Made by a program: the position numbers and the translations under genes | Shown here: piece after piece, positions 1-13,698 of the stretch | Numbering within the stretch: the first letter of the stretch is position 1 | How the letters are laid out: each line of letters starts with the position of its first letter | Source: Sphaerodactylus townsendi | Taxonomy: Eukaryota | Direction of reading: 5' to 3' | Length of the DNA: 64,000 bases | Assembly (NCBI RefSeq): GCF_021028975.2 | Contig: NC_059433.1 | Coordinates: 34,410,001 to 34,474,000 of the forward strand | The notes under the pieces: model-generated | Databases searched by the model: none | Told to the model about the DNA's origin: nothing | What the model saw: the letters and a program-made list of their open reading frames with translations, nothing else

Positions 1-1028
1 CTGAAATGGCAAATATTTGGTAGAATCTAAAGTTTTCATCAGGCCAACAGAATTTTTAAAACTACCTTTTAAGCCGCAAACCTTGTGCCAAATTTCAGTG
101 CTTGGAAAATCCCTCTCCCTTCCACGTGCAATTTGTCCCTGAGAAAGAGAACACCCAAGAACCCCTGGACACATGAAACAAGCAGCACACTTCAGCCACT
201 GTGTGCATTTGACTAAGAAAGCTGCTTGTGATTCAAACTTAGCTTAGATATTTTCAAAGCTGAACACTGAAGGCCTTGCAGATGTGGCACAGAGGATTTT
301 CCAAAACTATCCTCCCTTTGTTTGGAATCAGCTTATGAGTTCTTAACATTTCTCAATGAGCGAACCCTCTTGCAATTCGTGATAAATTATTCATAGCTTC
401 TGATGCAGCAAATTCAAAATTAAAGTGATGATAAATGAGAATATATATGTCAATAATAAACCGTCAAGCATATAGAAAACACTTTGAGTTCACTTGTATC
501 TTCTGGAGGTAGAATTGTGTTGTATACCTTATTGAATTTGAGAGTTTATGATCTGTACTAAAATGAGCATGGATGAAAAAGACTAAAGGTTTATTTTTCA
601 CGGTTATAACAGCACTTGGTAAGATAAACAGTTTTATCAGAAGTTTGTTATGGATTCATACCTTTTTAATGTTACAGCAGGGAGCTATTGAGTAGAGGAT
701 TTTTTTGTTATTGCATACAATAACTAGTGCACTTTGACATATTGGTCATTCAGCACTCAATTTGTAAAAAAAAAGCTATGCACCTTTTATGCGGGCTCCA
801 TTTTTCTGACTAAGGCATTTTGGGGGGGGAAAAGTCATACAAAGGAGGGAACTGGCATCCATATCCAGTATATTCAAAAGATCCAGCATGAAAAAGAGAA
901 ATTCACACTACATAGCACAAAGTGCATTGGTTAATTAGTTAACAGAGTAGTGAGAGTGAAGGGACTTGTTGTTTGTTTGTTGCTAACAGACCCATTTTAA
1001 GATCCCAGCACAAGCACATGGTTGACAC

Positions 1029-1193
1029 CAGTAGCATAGCACCAACAGGGTGGGGCGGCATGACATGACGCCCCAGGCGGAGCAGTGGCATGGCAGGGAC
1101 GTGGCAGGTGTTCTGGGGCATGGGTGGGTGGTGCTGCAGCAGGGGCGCAAGCAAGTATGTGCCCCGGGCACAGTTTCCCCTTGCTCCGCCCTG
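1029..1193. mobile_element. Non-autonomous hAT-type MITE
   Basis: Exact 8-bp TSD GTTGACAC at 1021-1028 and 1194-1201. Degenerate TIRs CAGTAGCATAGC...GCTCCGCCCTG and a GC-rich interior. Confidence 0.8.
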
Positions 1194-4100
1194 GTTGACA
1201 CCAGTACAGCAGCAGTGTTGCAGTTGATATCCTGTGCTTGCTCATCAGAGAGGAAATGCTCAAAAGGAATATCTGTCACCAAGGTCAAGAGAGCATAGCA
1301 TTACCACCAGAGTCCTCAGTAACTCCTCAAACACACCATCAGTTACAGCACATTATGTGGACAATGTGTCCATGACAGGTAGATAAAGCATGCTGACATG
1401 ACATGCTGATATTGCCTGAGGGTCACCTGCCTCTGTCCACATGAAGAACACACCAAGGGAGGGAACACCTGATAGTGGCATGACCCATATGAACCCTAGT
1501 ATGAATATCTGCAGGGAACTCTGAAGAAGTGGGTCAATTCAGGCAGCGTTAGAGAGACCTCTGCTCTTCTACTTGGGAATGCAAGGGCAATGCACTTCAG
1601 AAATGTAACAAGAGTGAGAGACTTGATTCCATGCTGGGATTGTTGCTGATTCTCCACATGTCCATCCCAATAACTCTTCCTTCTCTGTATGTACAGTACA
1701 GAAAGGTTCGTTCTGTGCACATGCTGGAAGCGTAGCACCATGCCATCAGTACAATGTCATGCCAATTATCCACACTAAAAGTCAGCATTGTTGGATGGTA
1801 TGTTCAGCACAGAAACAGTCGCCTTCCTGGAAAAAAAAGAAAAGAAACTGTTTTATCGAGGCAAAGCACTACATCAGAGCCTGTAGTTGCTGCTACTTTT
1901 CAGCTTGTTAGAGCTCAGGGCAGGCTTCATGCCATTAGTGCTTGAGTAGCTGACAGGAAAGGTCAGTAAAGTTTGAGTTACTATTTAGGCCTGAAGCTTT
2001 AGATTACAGTCTTGTTCAAAAAGGCAAGGACTATAAGGGAGACCTGTAGCAACTTTAATGTGAATGGAAAGCTGCTAGAAGCTACACAGGAATGTGAAAA
2101 AAACAAAATGTTCATGAAGAGATCTCCATCAGCTAGAGTCTTATGACATTTCTCCTCCCCTCATAGATGATTAGCAAAAATATCTTCATGTTACTAAATG
2201 CAGACCTGGAATTTATTTTATAATTCCTTCCCCTGTTGGAAAAATATAAAAGATTATATTATGATAGATTTTTGGAGATAATATTTTAAGAGGGGAAAGA
2301 CACATTTCGTACACCCCCCCCCAAAAAAAGGTAATTCTCCTCCTCAGCTCCCATCAAATCTTTTTTTATCACCTCCTGAGGTATGTTTCTAGCAGTATAT
2401 GTCCTGATGCATTAATGTCACCAAATAGAGCAGTACCTCATGTTTCTGTTTGTCAGATCTGATGGCATTCGTTTTCTCTCATCACAATTCTAAATTAGAG
2501 TTAGAAAGCAAACTCTCTGGAGTACCTCATGATTTCCTATTAGTACTCACATAATTTTTTCAAAAAAATAAAATAAAGGTTGTTCCCTAATTAATCTGCA
2601 TCACAAAGAGGGGGGGAGGGTTTGTAGTTTTCACTAAATAGTCACACATGTTGAGATTTGTTACATCAACCGTGCCATTCCAGACAGAGCGTTAATCTTA
2701 ACTTCAATGGATTTAAAAGGGTGTGACTGTGCTTTGGGTACCATTGAAAAGGTGGTCTACCACACCACATATTTACAGAATTATAGACTGCTTGAACCTA
2801 CATGCCTAGCAGCTTATAAAACAAATATAAAAAACAACTCAGACCTAAAAAGTTGCATTAAAACACAGCTCATAACCAATGTATAGCACTCATGTATCAG
2901 AATGATAAACTTGTAGACATTTTTAACATGATGTGTTGTCCTCCCCCTCCTCCCAGTCAAGAATATAGAACTTCTCACTTCAAACAGAAGATATGGATTT
3001 GGGGCCACTGCTGTAAAACCCTTGATTTCCACAATGGAACAAGATGGAACTTCTGTAATGAAAATATATAAATCAAACACTTGGAAACAATTCTTTTCAT
3101 ATTCAGAGCATTTACAAACATTTACAAACCAGTATGGTTCTGGTGGGATCTTTATCTATAATGCGGGGGTGGGCAAAAACAGACAAACAAACTTGTCAGC
3201 ATTTTTCAGGTCCAGGTTTAATAGACCTGGACATTTTTGAAGACACCACCCCCTCAGTCAATATTCTGTATTTCGGGATGGAAATGCCTCAACTAATTCA
3301 GCTATATTTTAAAAGAGAGCATTGTACAAATATCCACTTTTCATATGTGACCTCAATTTCTCCCATCAGCCCCAGCCAAGGGAAGAAATTATGGGTTTCA
3401 GGTTGATTCATTTGAGTGGTGTTGACAAAAAAATCACAGGTTCTTCAGCCTACTGACCCACACTTTCTAGCAGATAAGATGGCAAGTAAGGAAAAAAAAA
3501 TCAAACACAACTTGCAGATTCTCCAATTACCTATAATCATAACCCTAATTCGTATAAACTAGGGTTTAATACAATAAAAAGGGGTACGGAATTAAAGCAG
3601 GACATGCATATACGGAACTCAAAGGTAAAGGTAGAACTAAACATGTGATTAGAGTCTTTTACTGTCTCTCTGAGGCTTTCATAAAGTTTCTCAAACTCTG
3701 TCTCCTGTGGCTTGGCTGGCTCTTTTTGTGGTGCTACTGCAGATTTCCAAAAATTGCAGTTTTTCCCAGACTCCATCTCAGATTGCTCTGTTCTCAGCAC
3801 CTGGACAGGGAAGTTTACTCTCTCTCCTTTGCCTCCGTAGAACTCTTTCTTTTCCCTCAGAACCCTCTTATAGCCCCCCTCAGAAACTAATACCTCCCCC
3901 CAACCCCAATAAAAGGCCAAATCCACATGAATGCACATATTTTTCTCAGCTGTGTATCAACACAAGTGGTATCCAGGGCAAGCTCTGGGGACCACACCCA
4001 GCCCACACCTGAATTCCCCCATCCTGCCCTACCCCCAATCAAACTTGACCCACTATGCCCCCTGCTGCTTCACCCCTACAAAAAAAAACCCAACCAACTT

Positions 4101-4292
4101 TTCCCTTCATGTGAGTGGTGCTAGCTGGAAATACATTGAGGGCAAGGCTTATCCCAACAGCCAGTGTATTTCCAGCCAACACTGCTCGGCCTCAGATGGA
4201 GGAAAAGGTTTTTTTTGGGGGGAGGGCAATGTGGCAGTCAATGTTTCAAGTCAGATTTGTACTAGATATTATTAGTGTAATTTATTCTAAGC

Positions 4293-4450
4293 CAGGGGTA
4301 GGGAACCTGCGGCTCTCCAGATGTTCAGGAACTATAATTCCCATCAGCCTCTGTCAGCATGGCCAATTGGCCATGCTGGTAGGGGCTGATCAGGGAAATT
4401 GTGCAGGTTCCGCCTAGAACATCTGAGAGTCAAGAGGTTCCCTACTCCTT
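4293..4450. mobile_element. Palindromic hAT (Charlie-like) MITE
   Basis: TIRs CAGGGGTAGGGAACC...GGTTCCCTACTCCT and a central palindrome CAGCATGGCCAATTGGCCATGCTG. The left flank is TTCTAAGC; the right TSD is decayed. Confidence 0.8.
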
Positions 4451-5289
4451 CACTCCTGAAGCCATAGGCCATCACAATCATATAAAATAGCATAAACCAT
4501 GCAATCCCCAGATTTGGAAGTGGCCAGTTGGCAGGTGCCAGGGAGAGTGAAGAGAAGCAGCGGTGAGTGGCAGGACACAGCAGAAAAGAGTAGGCAGGGG
4601 TAGGGTGGGGGGAAGCAGTGACAGGCTAGAGTACGGAAGAGCAGGCAGTAGTGAAGGCAGGAAGAAGCAATTGAGGTGGAGGGCAGGAGCAGGGAAGTGC
4701 AGGCTGGCAGCAGTGGGGGCAGTGAGCAGCTTCAGAGGCAGAAAGATGCAGGGGGTTAAAATGCATCCCCATGTGACCCAAGGAAAACCTGAAAACTGGG
4801 GGAAATGAAGAATATATTAAATGTGCAAACAATGCACTTTTGTTGTAACTGTTGTCTGAACTCAAAAGCTGGGGCATAACAAATAAATGAAATGATTTAG
4901 GCAGGCAGAGTGGCAAGTGGCAAGCAGATGGAAGGAAAGAGCAATGGGGAGACAGATGGACTGGTAGGCAGAGAGGTCTGCTGCCTTTCAACTGCATGAG
5001 CTGAATAGATGGTAGTAGAAGTCACTGTTACACCCCACCCTCGTCATGGTAGGCTGGTGGGCTGGAGAGGAGCTGTTGCTACCACCATCATCCTCTGCTT
5101 GAGATGGGTAGCAGAAGGGGATCCACTGTACCAGACAGGCCTGTGGTGGCCCTAGGAGAGGTTAGACTGAGAACAGAAGGGGCCACAGGAAAAGAAGGGG
5201 AGGACCAGTGCTGGGGATAAGGAGGGAAGAAGTAGGGCTAAGAGGACAGAAAAAGAACCATGCTTGGATCAAAGACACATGTAGTTCTG

Positions 5290-6140
5290 CATTCTCTTCA
5301 CACCATGGCCAGCCACAAATAGGAAGAGTGCAGCAGTATCATCCTGCCTGTGGTTCCCAACAACAGATTTAAGCAGGTCTGCTAGCTTTGGTACTGGAGA
5401 AAGTAGATATCCCTCATGATCAGTAGTCCAGTCCTATATGTATTTGTCCATTCTCTTGTTACAGCCTTCCAAGATGGCAGCCATGAATGATCACATTCTG
5501 TGGTAGTGAGTTCCACAAATTAACTACATGCTTTGTGAAGAAATGCTTCCTTTTTTCCATTATTTATTCTCCAACCCTTTAACTTGAGCTGATGACTCCA
5601 GGTACTAGCATTAATAAAGAGGGAGAAAAATTTCTCCCTGTCCATTCATAATTTTACTAATTTCTATGTCTCCCCTTACTCACCCTTTTTTCTAGGCCAA
5701 ACAGCCCTAAGCTGCTGTAGCCCCCTTTTCATTTGGGTTGCTCTTTTTCTGCTCCTTTTCAAGATCTATAATATTATTTTAGAGGTGCTGTTACTGCAAC
5801 TGCACATAATACTTTAAGTGTGGTCTCACCATAGATTTGTGTAAGAGCAATATGATTCAGCAGGTTCATTCTCTGTTCCTGTTCTAATATGAATTGCACT
5901 TTTCCATAGCAGATTCATATTGGGTTGATATTTTCATTGAGCTATTCAGAACCGCACCAAGATCCCTTTCTTGGTCTGTTGCTGCCAGCTCAAATCCTAT
6001 CAATGTAAAAAGTTAGGATTATTTGCTCCAATATGCATCACATCATCCTTGCTCATATTGAATCCTATTTGCCATTTTAATGCCCATTTCCCTAGTTTGA
6101 AAGATCCTTTTGGAGCACTTCATTTTCATCTTAACCATCC
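5290..6140 (-). mobile_element. CR1 LINE, 3' part of ORF2 and 3' UTR (decayed)
   Basis: Antisense CR1 signatures, e.g. CACATTCTGTGGTAGTGAGTTCCACAAATTAACTAC, AACTGCACATAATACTTTAAGTGTGGTCTCACCATAGATTTG and GCACCAAGATCCCTTTC. Boundaries approximate. Confidence 0.8.
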
Positions 6141-6779
6141 TAAACAAAGAGTTATAATAAAGAAAGAAATGGCAGTTGAAGGAAAGAGTATAGAAAGGTA
6201 GCCACAGGCAAGGGTCGGAAACCAAAGACGAAACAGAAACCAGAGAGAACATCTCTTATCGGTTTCTAATGGGCAACCACTAAACTGGTCTTCTGTGAAC
6301 TCACTTTTTGATTTCTTCCTTTGCTTAGCACTATTTGTAGGGCAAACAGAACTATCACAAATATCTGCTGATTGAGCCCTGTAAATTGGAACTAAAAATG
6401 AAATCCCTTCTGAAGATTTTGAACATTGTATTGAATTCTTTCATCTTCTCCAAGGCTCAGCTGAAAAGAAACACGACAGATATCTCTCGAACTTGGAAGG
6501 AGAACTGAATGCTAGTTATGAACCTGATTAGATTAGATAAGGAATCCTTTCTCTGGACTTCGATGTGTATGCAGCTTTGTGCCATATGATGAAAAGTTAA
6601 GAGAGTCTACTCAGGGGCTCTCCAGGTATGCAAAAAAATGACTTTTCTAATTAATGAAAAAGAGAAAGTAACATCTTCCCAAATCTGCCTTATAAGGATT
6701 GAGTATTCTCTAGGAACCACAAAATGTTAAATGCTGATCAGAGTTAAAAAGAAAAAAACGGGTAAAACGGGGGGGGGGA

Positions 6780-7800
6780 TTAATCTACTCATGTTTTTGA
6801 GAGCTTGAAGAATTGGGGTTAAGGAGAATTTGGGAAAAGGATGGCAGATTGGATCCAGCCAACTTGTTAATATTATCTTGCACATTTCCCCTCCTTATTT
6901 CAGCCCCTATTCCACATGGTATATCCGTGCAGGCCCCATAATCCCCACCATACCCTTTTTGGGAATGCAAGGGAAGGGGAGGGAGTGAGGGGTGGCATGC
7001 AAGGGAGGGGAGGGAAGGGGAGGGGGCAGCAACTGGATATGGCCCACCCACCCTGGCGGATGGAGGGGAGGGGGAGGGGGAGGGGGAGGGGAGGGGTGGC
7101 ATGCAAGGAAGGGGAGGGAAGGGGGAGGGTGGTTGGATCCAACCTGAAAAGTTGGTTGGATCCAACCTAGTATTTTCCCATTGTTTGCTCTCCTACAGTT
7201 ACCTGTGGTCCATACCTTATTTGACCCTAACATGTAATTAGTCCAAAATGTGTGTGTGTCGATGGGTGGAGGTTTTTAAAGTTATGCATAGGTAAAATGA
7301 AAAGTAAGTGAATCTTTTTTTATTGAATAACACATTAGATCACACTGAAACATTATTTAAAAGCTAAAGCTGTGAAGTTTTTGGTTTAGTATTTATTTAT
7401 TTTAGTTTCCATTGTTTTAGTGGGAAACCCTAGCACTTAGGTGATAACTTCTTTATTTTCTTCTTGGGTGATAGTTTGTACCCCTCACCCAAGGGATCAT
7501 GTTTGCCAAACTTCAGGAAGCTACAAAAAAGTTCCAGTTCAAAGTAGTCAAGAAATTTATATGTTTCCTTTAGTTGTCTATAAACCTTTTATAGGCAGCT
7601 AAAAGAAAACATATTTCTGGCTCACACAATTTTGTTTTCCAGCTCTGAATGACGTACTCAGATACTTGCTCAAAAAATCATGCCTCCCAAAGTTCAGAGA
7701 TGGGAGGAAAGGCCTCGGTTTTATAGACAATTAAAGGCAAGCACATGTCAAAAATAAAAAAAAATTGATAACTGATTGAAAACATTGTTTCATGTCAGTT
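6780..7800. mobile_element. Probable decayed non-autonomous DNA element with G-rich core
   Basis: Duplicated GGGGTGGCATGCAAGG(G/A)AGGGGAGGGAAGGGG unit (~6990, ~7093), two GGTTGGATCCAACC palindromes, and CCAAACTTCAG/CCAAAGTTCAG modules like those in the 57-58 kb element. Ends not resolved. Confidence 0.4.
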
Positions 7801-9699
7801 TCATATTATTTATTGATCTTTTCTCATTCTCTCTCTTCCTTCCATTTGATGACAAATACCAGAAATAAAATACGTGACTTTAATGACTGGAAAGCTTCCT
7901 TACCAGTTTAATCTGCACAAACTGTCTTTCTCTCTCCTTTCTCCCTGACTGACTCCAGGAAATGGAGTAAATAAACTAAAACAAATAAGACTTGGTCAAT
8001 CATTTTAAAACAATTAAAAACGAACTGACCTTTTTTTGTTTGTTTTTAATGTGTTTAAAATAAAAGCTCACCCATATTTAAATCATATTCAAGACTATGT
8101 TCTTGTTAAATAATAGTCAAGGCAGTGATATGGAAAGTACAGACAAGCCATCTGTTCTAAATCTATGCAATCATATCCACCATGCAGTGATCTGCACAAT
8201 CAAGACTGTGGTATAGCACCAGTGGGAATAAGGTAAATTGCAGTGTGCCAGTGGCTACTGTTCAGGGACAAAGCTGGCACAGTGTTATGCTCAAGACAAA
8301 TTTTGCCAAGGAACAATGAGGCAATAAAGATCATGAACATGCCTTTCATGTAATCAAGGAAGCTCCAATAAAGTAACCTCACAATTCTGTTTGTGTTGAA
8401 TTCACACGATACCTATTACTGTTAGACTTCTAATGTGCTGAATGCATCAGTTTTGTTAGGTGCATGTCATGTATGGATGCAATGTCATAATAGATGCAGT
8501 GTTCATATGTGACTATCTTGAATTGCATTTCATGCCAATTCCTACTTTAGAGTTGCATGTGAAGGAGTATGACAGCAGGAATCTGGAGGCCTTGTACAAT
8601 GCGTGCAATCACTCGCTGTGCTCTACAGAGAAGCAAAATAAATATAGGTGGTGTGCTATCTCCATACTAATCACACACCTAAAAAGACTTTTTTACAATA
8701 TGTTTGTGAGCTGAATTACATATCATTAGTATAAAAAGGTGACATTTTTAAGGCAGGGGAATAAAACTTTCTCCTCACGCAAAATTAAATATTTAAGTGT
8801 TCGAATAATTTCAAAAACACAATAAATCTTTTATTACAATTAACATACTCTGGGATTCTTCCTGGCCTTTGTATCAGCAAAGCACATCAACAAGAAGATA
8901 TCTGTGGTGTCATAATGCATTTTCTTATTCAATAATAGGTTAGGTGGGCCAAAAGTTTGTGCCATACCCAATAGTTCAGCTTGATCCCAAATCTCAGTCA
9001 CAGAGCAGTGTTTTCCAAACAGTTTATTTACAAAGCACTTGCTTATATCCTAAAATATTTGAAATAATACTTATTCTGGCACCTCAATGTCTGCTTTGCA
9101 CAGTTGCATGAGGCGAGGGTGATATGAGGGAAAGCAAAAAAGAAATATTGACTCAGAAGAAAATTTATATGACAGGGGCATCTTCCAGCCAGAAGATCAT
9201 CTCCATAGGCATTGCTATAAACCCTTTCTGCCGGCAATTTTCCTATGCTAGGGTAATTTTTACATGAGGAACAATGTACTGTTTTCTGCTATTTCATTAT
9301 TTGTTTCAGGCCTTTACTTGCATGTTGTGCTGCAGACTGGAAGGGGATAGCAGCAGAGGCTACATCCTCATGGCTGCCAAATAGATAGAACATCACAGGA
9401 GATGGGACAAAATTTTGTTTATACTCCCAAGGAGGCAGGGAACTGTATGCTGAACAGAGGCTGAAAGCGTATTTCCCTCCCCATCATAGTAACATGCATA
9501 TAGGGGACAGGCAATTGCTTGCATCATCTGGATGGCGGGCAGCCAGGCAAGCATCTGCAGAACAGACTTAGGGTGATGCAGGTAAATGCTTGACTTCCCC
9601 AACCAAAGGAAGAGCTGAAACATATGAGATGTCAGACAAAAATAGCAATCAAATGTTTTAGATCTTGTCTTCCTTTCTTTATGTTCATGTAAAAAGAAA

Positions 9700-10000
9700 G
9701 GAGCCCCATGGTGCAGAGTGGTAAGCTACGGTACAGGAGTCCAAGCTGTGCACACAGACAGAGCTTGATCCTGGTGGAAGTAAGTTTCCGGTTGTCAGCT
9801 CAAGGTTGACTCAGCCTTCCATCCTTCCAAAGGCAGTAAAATGAATCCCCAACTTCCTGGGGGTAAAGCGTAGATGACTGTGGAAGGCAATGGCAAACCA
9901 CCCCATAAACGTCATCTGCCTAGTAAGTATTGTGATGTGACATCACCCCATGGGGCAGTAATGACCCAATGCTTGCACAGGGGTCTCTACGTCTACCTTT
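9700..10000 (+). mobile_element. Sauria SINE, near full length
   Basis: tRNA-like head with A box TGGTGCAGAGTGG, core AAGGTTGACTCAGCCTTCCATCCTTCC, BovB-like tail GGAAGGCAATGGCAAACCACCCC, and an ACCTTT end. Confidence 0.9.
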
Positions 10001-10906
10001 AAAAATAATTTAATATGTTTCCTGAGCACATTGTCCCCTCCCCATAACAGAAAGTCTTGATGGGGAGGAGGGAGAGGAGCCAGACAGCCTCTCATTTATA
10101 TGTACACCAAGTACGAGTGTTGAGTTTTAAACCAAACCAGAGCATAAAGCAAGGTGACAGGAAACTAAATCATGCCTTCTCCCATGCCCTATTTTGATGC
10201 CTGGGTCATTTTTTTTCCCAATGAAACTTCAATATTGGGAATCAGCTTTGTTGGAAGAAAAATACTGAAATCAATCAAACAAAGAGGGGTGGCTACAAAT
10301 TGTGGTGGGGGTGGATGGTGAATAATCCATTATGCCTCAATCATGGTAATTTATGAAGATTTCCAAATACTATGAATATTTTTACTATAGCTATATTAAA
10401 GATGGGTGCACAATCAGTTTGGATTTTGATAAATACGTTTTCAAATGCACATGCCTGAGGACCTATTGGCCTGGTTTGGTGGGATACAAATAAACAAAAA
10501 TTAAAATAAAACCTACATATTCTGAGCATGTTCTTCAGGGACCTTCTTTACTTCCAGCCAAAAGAAAATGGAAAGTTCCCTAGAAAAAGATAATGTTCCT
10601 CAGTACGTTCTCAGTATCTACTAATTGGTTATAAAATAAACATGACTACCCTTGATTATCATACATTATTAATAATTAACGGAACCTACCAAATGTAACA
10701 TCAAAATAATCAAAACATAACACTCAAAAAACTTTCAAAACTTAGAATTTCAGGTTCACTTGAGCCCGATTGCATGGATTTTCGACCCCAAAGAAGCCTG
10801 AATGTAACTGTATAAGATAAACTTTATGCCATAACTAAGCTGTGCTATACTGTATTATACTATACTATGTTGATCCTGAACTGATTTGCCCAATATGTCT
10901 TTTTAA

Positions 10907-11405
10907 CAGTCCAATACTATGGATTTTTTTTTGGCCAAATTGGTGTTTGGAGCTGGTATGGGGCCATGCTAGCGGGTTTGCCCTCCCTGCTGGTGTAAGT
11001 GGCACATATGCCAGTGGGGAGAACAAACTGGGAGGCTGGTGGACCAAAACAGCCCAAACAGGCCAAAACAGCCTGAACAACGCAAAACAGCCTGTGCCTT
11101 ACCAAGCCAGCCTGAACATGACCACTGGCATGGCTGGGGGGCAGGCTAGGGGCATTTCCACCAACAGAACTGACTTTAGTCAGCTTCCACTGAACTTTGG
11201 AGTCAGGAACTCCACTGGCACAGGTGGACTTATGCCACATAAAAGGATGGCATAATTCTGCTTAGCACTTTTGAGGGCTTTCAGACAGCCAGGGATTCTC
11301 CGTTTTGCTGTACCTCCCCATGCTGCCTGGATGTCCTCTGGAGGTGGCATGGCAGCAAAGCCATCCTCACCTGCCACAGGTGTAACATGGGTTAAGATAG
11401 CACTG
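10907..11405. mobile_element. MITE of the CAGTGCAATCCTA...TAGGATTGCACTG family
   Basis: Degenerate TIRs CAGTCCAATACTA and TAAGATAGCACTG around a GC-richer interior. Short palindromic relatives lie near 2675-2745, 22256-22330 and 50735-50806. Confidence 0.55.
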
Positions 11406-12149
11406 TTCATATATGCATTTGAATTCTGGAGGATAAACTAATGTCATACATTCTATTTCCAACTCCGATGTTTAAATGGTAAATCCTAAAGTTGGTTCCA
11501 AATCCATTTTTATTTTACAGGAATCCTATGAGAGCTTATCTGAAAGTATGCCTCTTTTCCCCCCCTGAAAGTAATCCTCTTTAAGATGAATAGAATTTGT
11601 TCTCTGGCAAGGACATCTGGAACGTAGCTACCACTCCAGTTGCTGTTTGAATATGAGCATAAAGACAAATTGCTTGATTAGAAATACACCACCTACATCT
11701 GAGAAACATTCCGTTGGGAACCTATGAGAATAAAGATGATAGCTATAGGCAATGTTTTTGACTTAAACAACTATACTTTGTTTTTGCTTGATGATTTTCT
11801 ACTACTCATACCATTGATCTTTATGCAGTTTGAATGAAATAGTTACTGTTTTGTCTCAACCAGGGGATTACATATAGACATTTAAGAAGCACCACTCATA
11901 TCTGGATCACCCAAAGTCATCTTGGTCATTAGTTGGGCAGTTTAGTTGGGCAATTTATATATTTTCTGTTTAGTTGGGCAATTTATATATTTTCTGTCCC
12001 CTAAAAGCCCAGGTTGGCATGCACATTTCTTCTCTTCACCATTTTATTCTCACAACAGAGAGGTAGCTCAAGGTCATCCCAAAAATTTCATTATCGATCA
12101 ATTCCGCACTTCAAAAAATGAAAATAGATACAAACTGGTTTGGTAAGAT

Positions 12150-12959
12150 TCAGGACCTTTTGAGCATGGTTTCATGGTCCCCACTGCAGCTTCTGCCCCC
12201 TTGTTCCCAGAAATGCACCACCCACGCAGGAGTCCCCACTGTCAGCAGATCAAAGATGTGATCCGCTCAGGGGCTATCCTGATTGGCTGCTGCATTGTGC
12301 TGGGGCAGGAATTTTTTTTATTTTCAAACTGACAGATCCATGTCTCTGCGAGCATGCGCAGAACAACCCTATGTGGGAACAAAGAAACAAAGCCCCGTTT
12401 CCGTGCTGCTTTCGCGCGTTCCCTCATATCCACATGGATATGATGTTTAGTGTTTCATTGTATTTCGCCGACGTTTTAATTAGTTTGAAACATTCAAAAC
12501 CAGCCCCTGCATTGGCTCCCCTCGAATCCATCAGTCAATCTTAAGCGTGGGATAGCGTGAAAAGTGACGTGGTGAGGCATGAACGGAGCAACCAACTCTA
12601 CAGGGAAACAGGTGATAAAGGGCAAGCCCTGTTTCCGTGTTGCTTTGTCCCCTCATATACACGTGGATACAACGTTTAGTGCTACTTTGTTTTGCCTTTT
12701 ACTCAGTGAAGCATTGAAACTGCCCCCACATTGTTTCATATAGACAAGGTTCTTAGCTCCACGAATTTTTTTTTAAAGGGCTATGCACGCTTCGCACACA
12801 AACTGCGTCCTGATTGCATGGGAGGCTCCACGTCACTTGCAAGGGCAGGTAGTTCGAATCTGGATTCACCCCCCCCCCCCAACTTCCCCACTGCTCCAGA
12901 TTGCACACGCATTTTTTGAAAAGGTCTACTTTCTTCCAGGTTCTGAAATAACACGTGCG

Positions 12960-12960
<1 letters not shown>
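12150..12960. mobile_element. Probable Harbinger-type non-autonomous element
   Basis: CpG-retaining segment ending ...CACGTGCGG, with an internal ~80-bp diverged direct repeat (~12375-12455 vs ~12603-12685). Left end uncertain. Confidence 0.45.

Positions 12961-12961
<1 letters not shown>

Positions 12962-13007
<46 letters not shown>
12962..13007. repeat. (GT)n microsatellite
   Basis: Pure GT run. Confidence 0.98.
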
Positions 13008-13011
<4 letters not shown>

Positions 13012-13564
13012 ACGACTGTGGGTCTCCCAGGTGTAGTGAAATACTTGAGCCATTACAACTAAGAAGGTAGTGAACTTTGCAGTGAACAGGTATGGAAGGT
13101 AAATATACCATGTGCTGAGCTTTGAATCTCCTTCCTTTATTGCCATGCAGTTCTAGCAGCTGTCCAACAGTTTTGGACTGTGCCATACCTGTGGTAGTCA
13201 AGATTCATTTCCTTCTGCCTTACAAGGCACTTTTAAGTCTCCACAGTAGGTGGAACTGATACTTCACCAGGGCAGTGGAAGTCAAATAAATCATCCAGGA
13301 AGTACTATTCCATAATGCAGTGCGAAATTTTTAAAAATACAGTGTTTCTTTATCATCACCGACTGACTAAAAATGTTTGCATTTTATTTATAGAGTTGGC
13401 TGCTAGGTGGTGAGCTGTAATAGCAGGTCTGCAAGCAAAGGGGGAAGGTAGGACTTCCCATCAGGTTCTGTGAGAATACATGTGAAATACTGTTGAAATA
13501 CTGAATTGTACTGCTTGGAAATGCACAAAAAATCCTGATGAATCAACTATCTCAAGCTAATTAT

Positions 13565-13698
13565 AGTGGATTCCACACAGCATATTTATAATGAGTTGCA
13601 ATAGTTAGAAATGAATTCATTTTCCATTTATAAAAAGGGAAAATGAGTTCATTTCCAATGATTGCAACTTATTATAAATATGCTGTGTGGAATGCACT
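13565..13698. mobile_element. Fully palindromic MITE (Harbinger-like termini)
   Basis: AGTGGATTCCACACAGCATATTTATAATGAGTTGCAAT pairs with ATTGCAACTTATTATAAATATGCTGTGTGGAATGCACT, giving a 134-bp hairpin. Confidence 0.8.

Noticed and set aside
9700-9780. tRNA gene
   Set aside because: It is the tRNA-like head of a Sauria SINE, with a decayed B box and no cloverleaf.
11930-11990. Small tandem duplications (also ~34888-34921, ~51776-51814, ~54045-54073)
   Set aside because: These are ordinary replication-slippage duplications of 10-28 bp with no sign of function.
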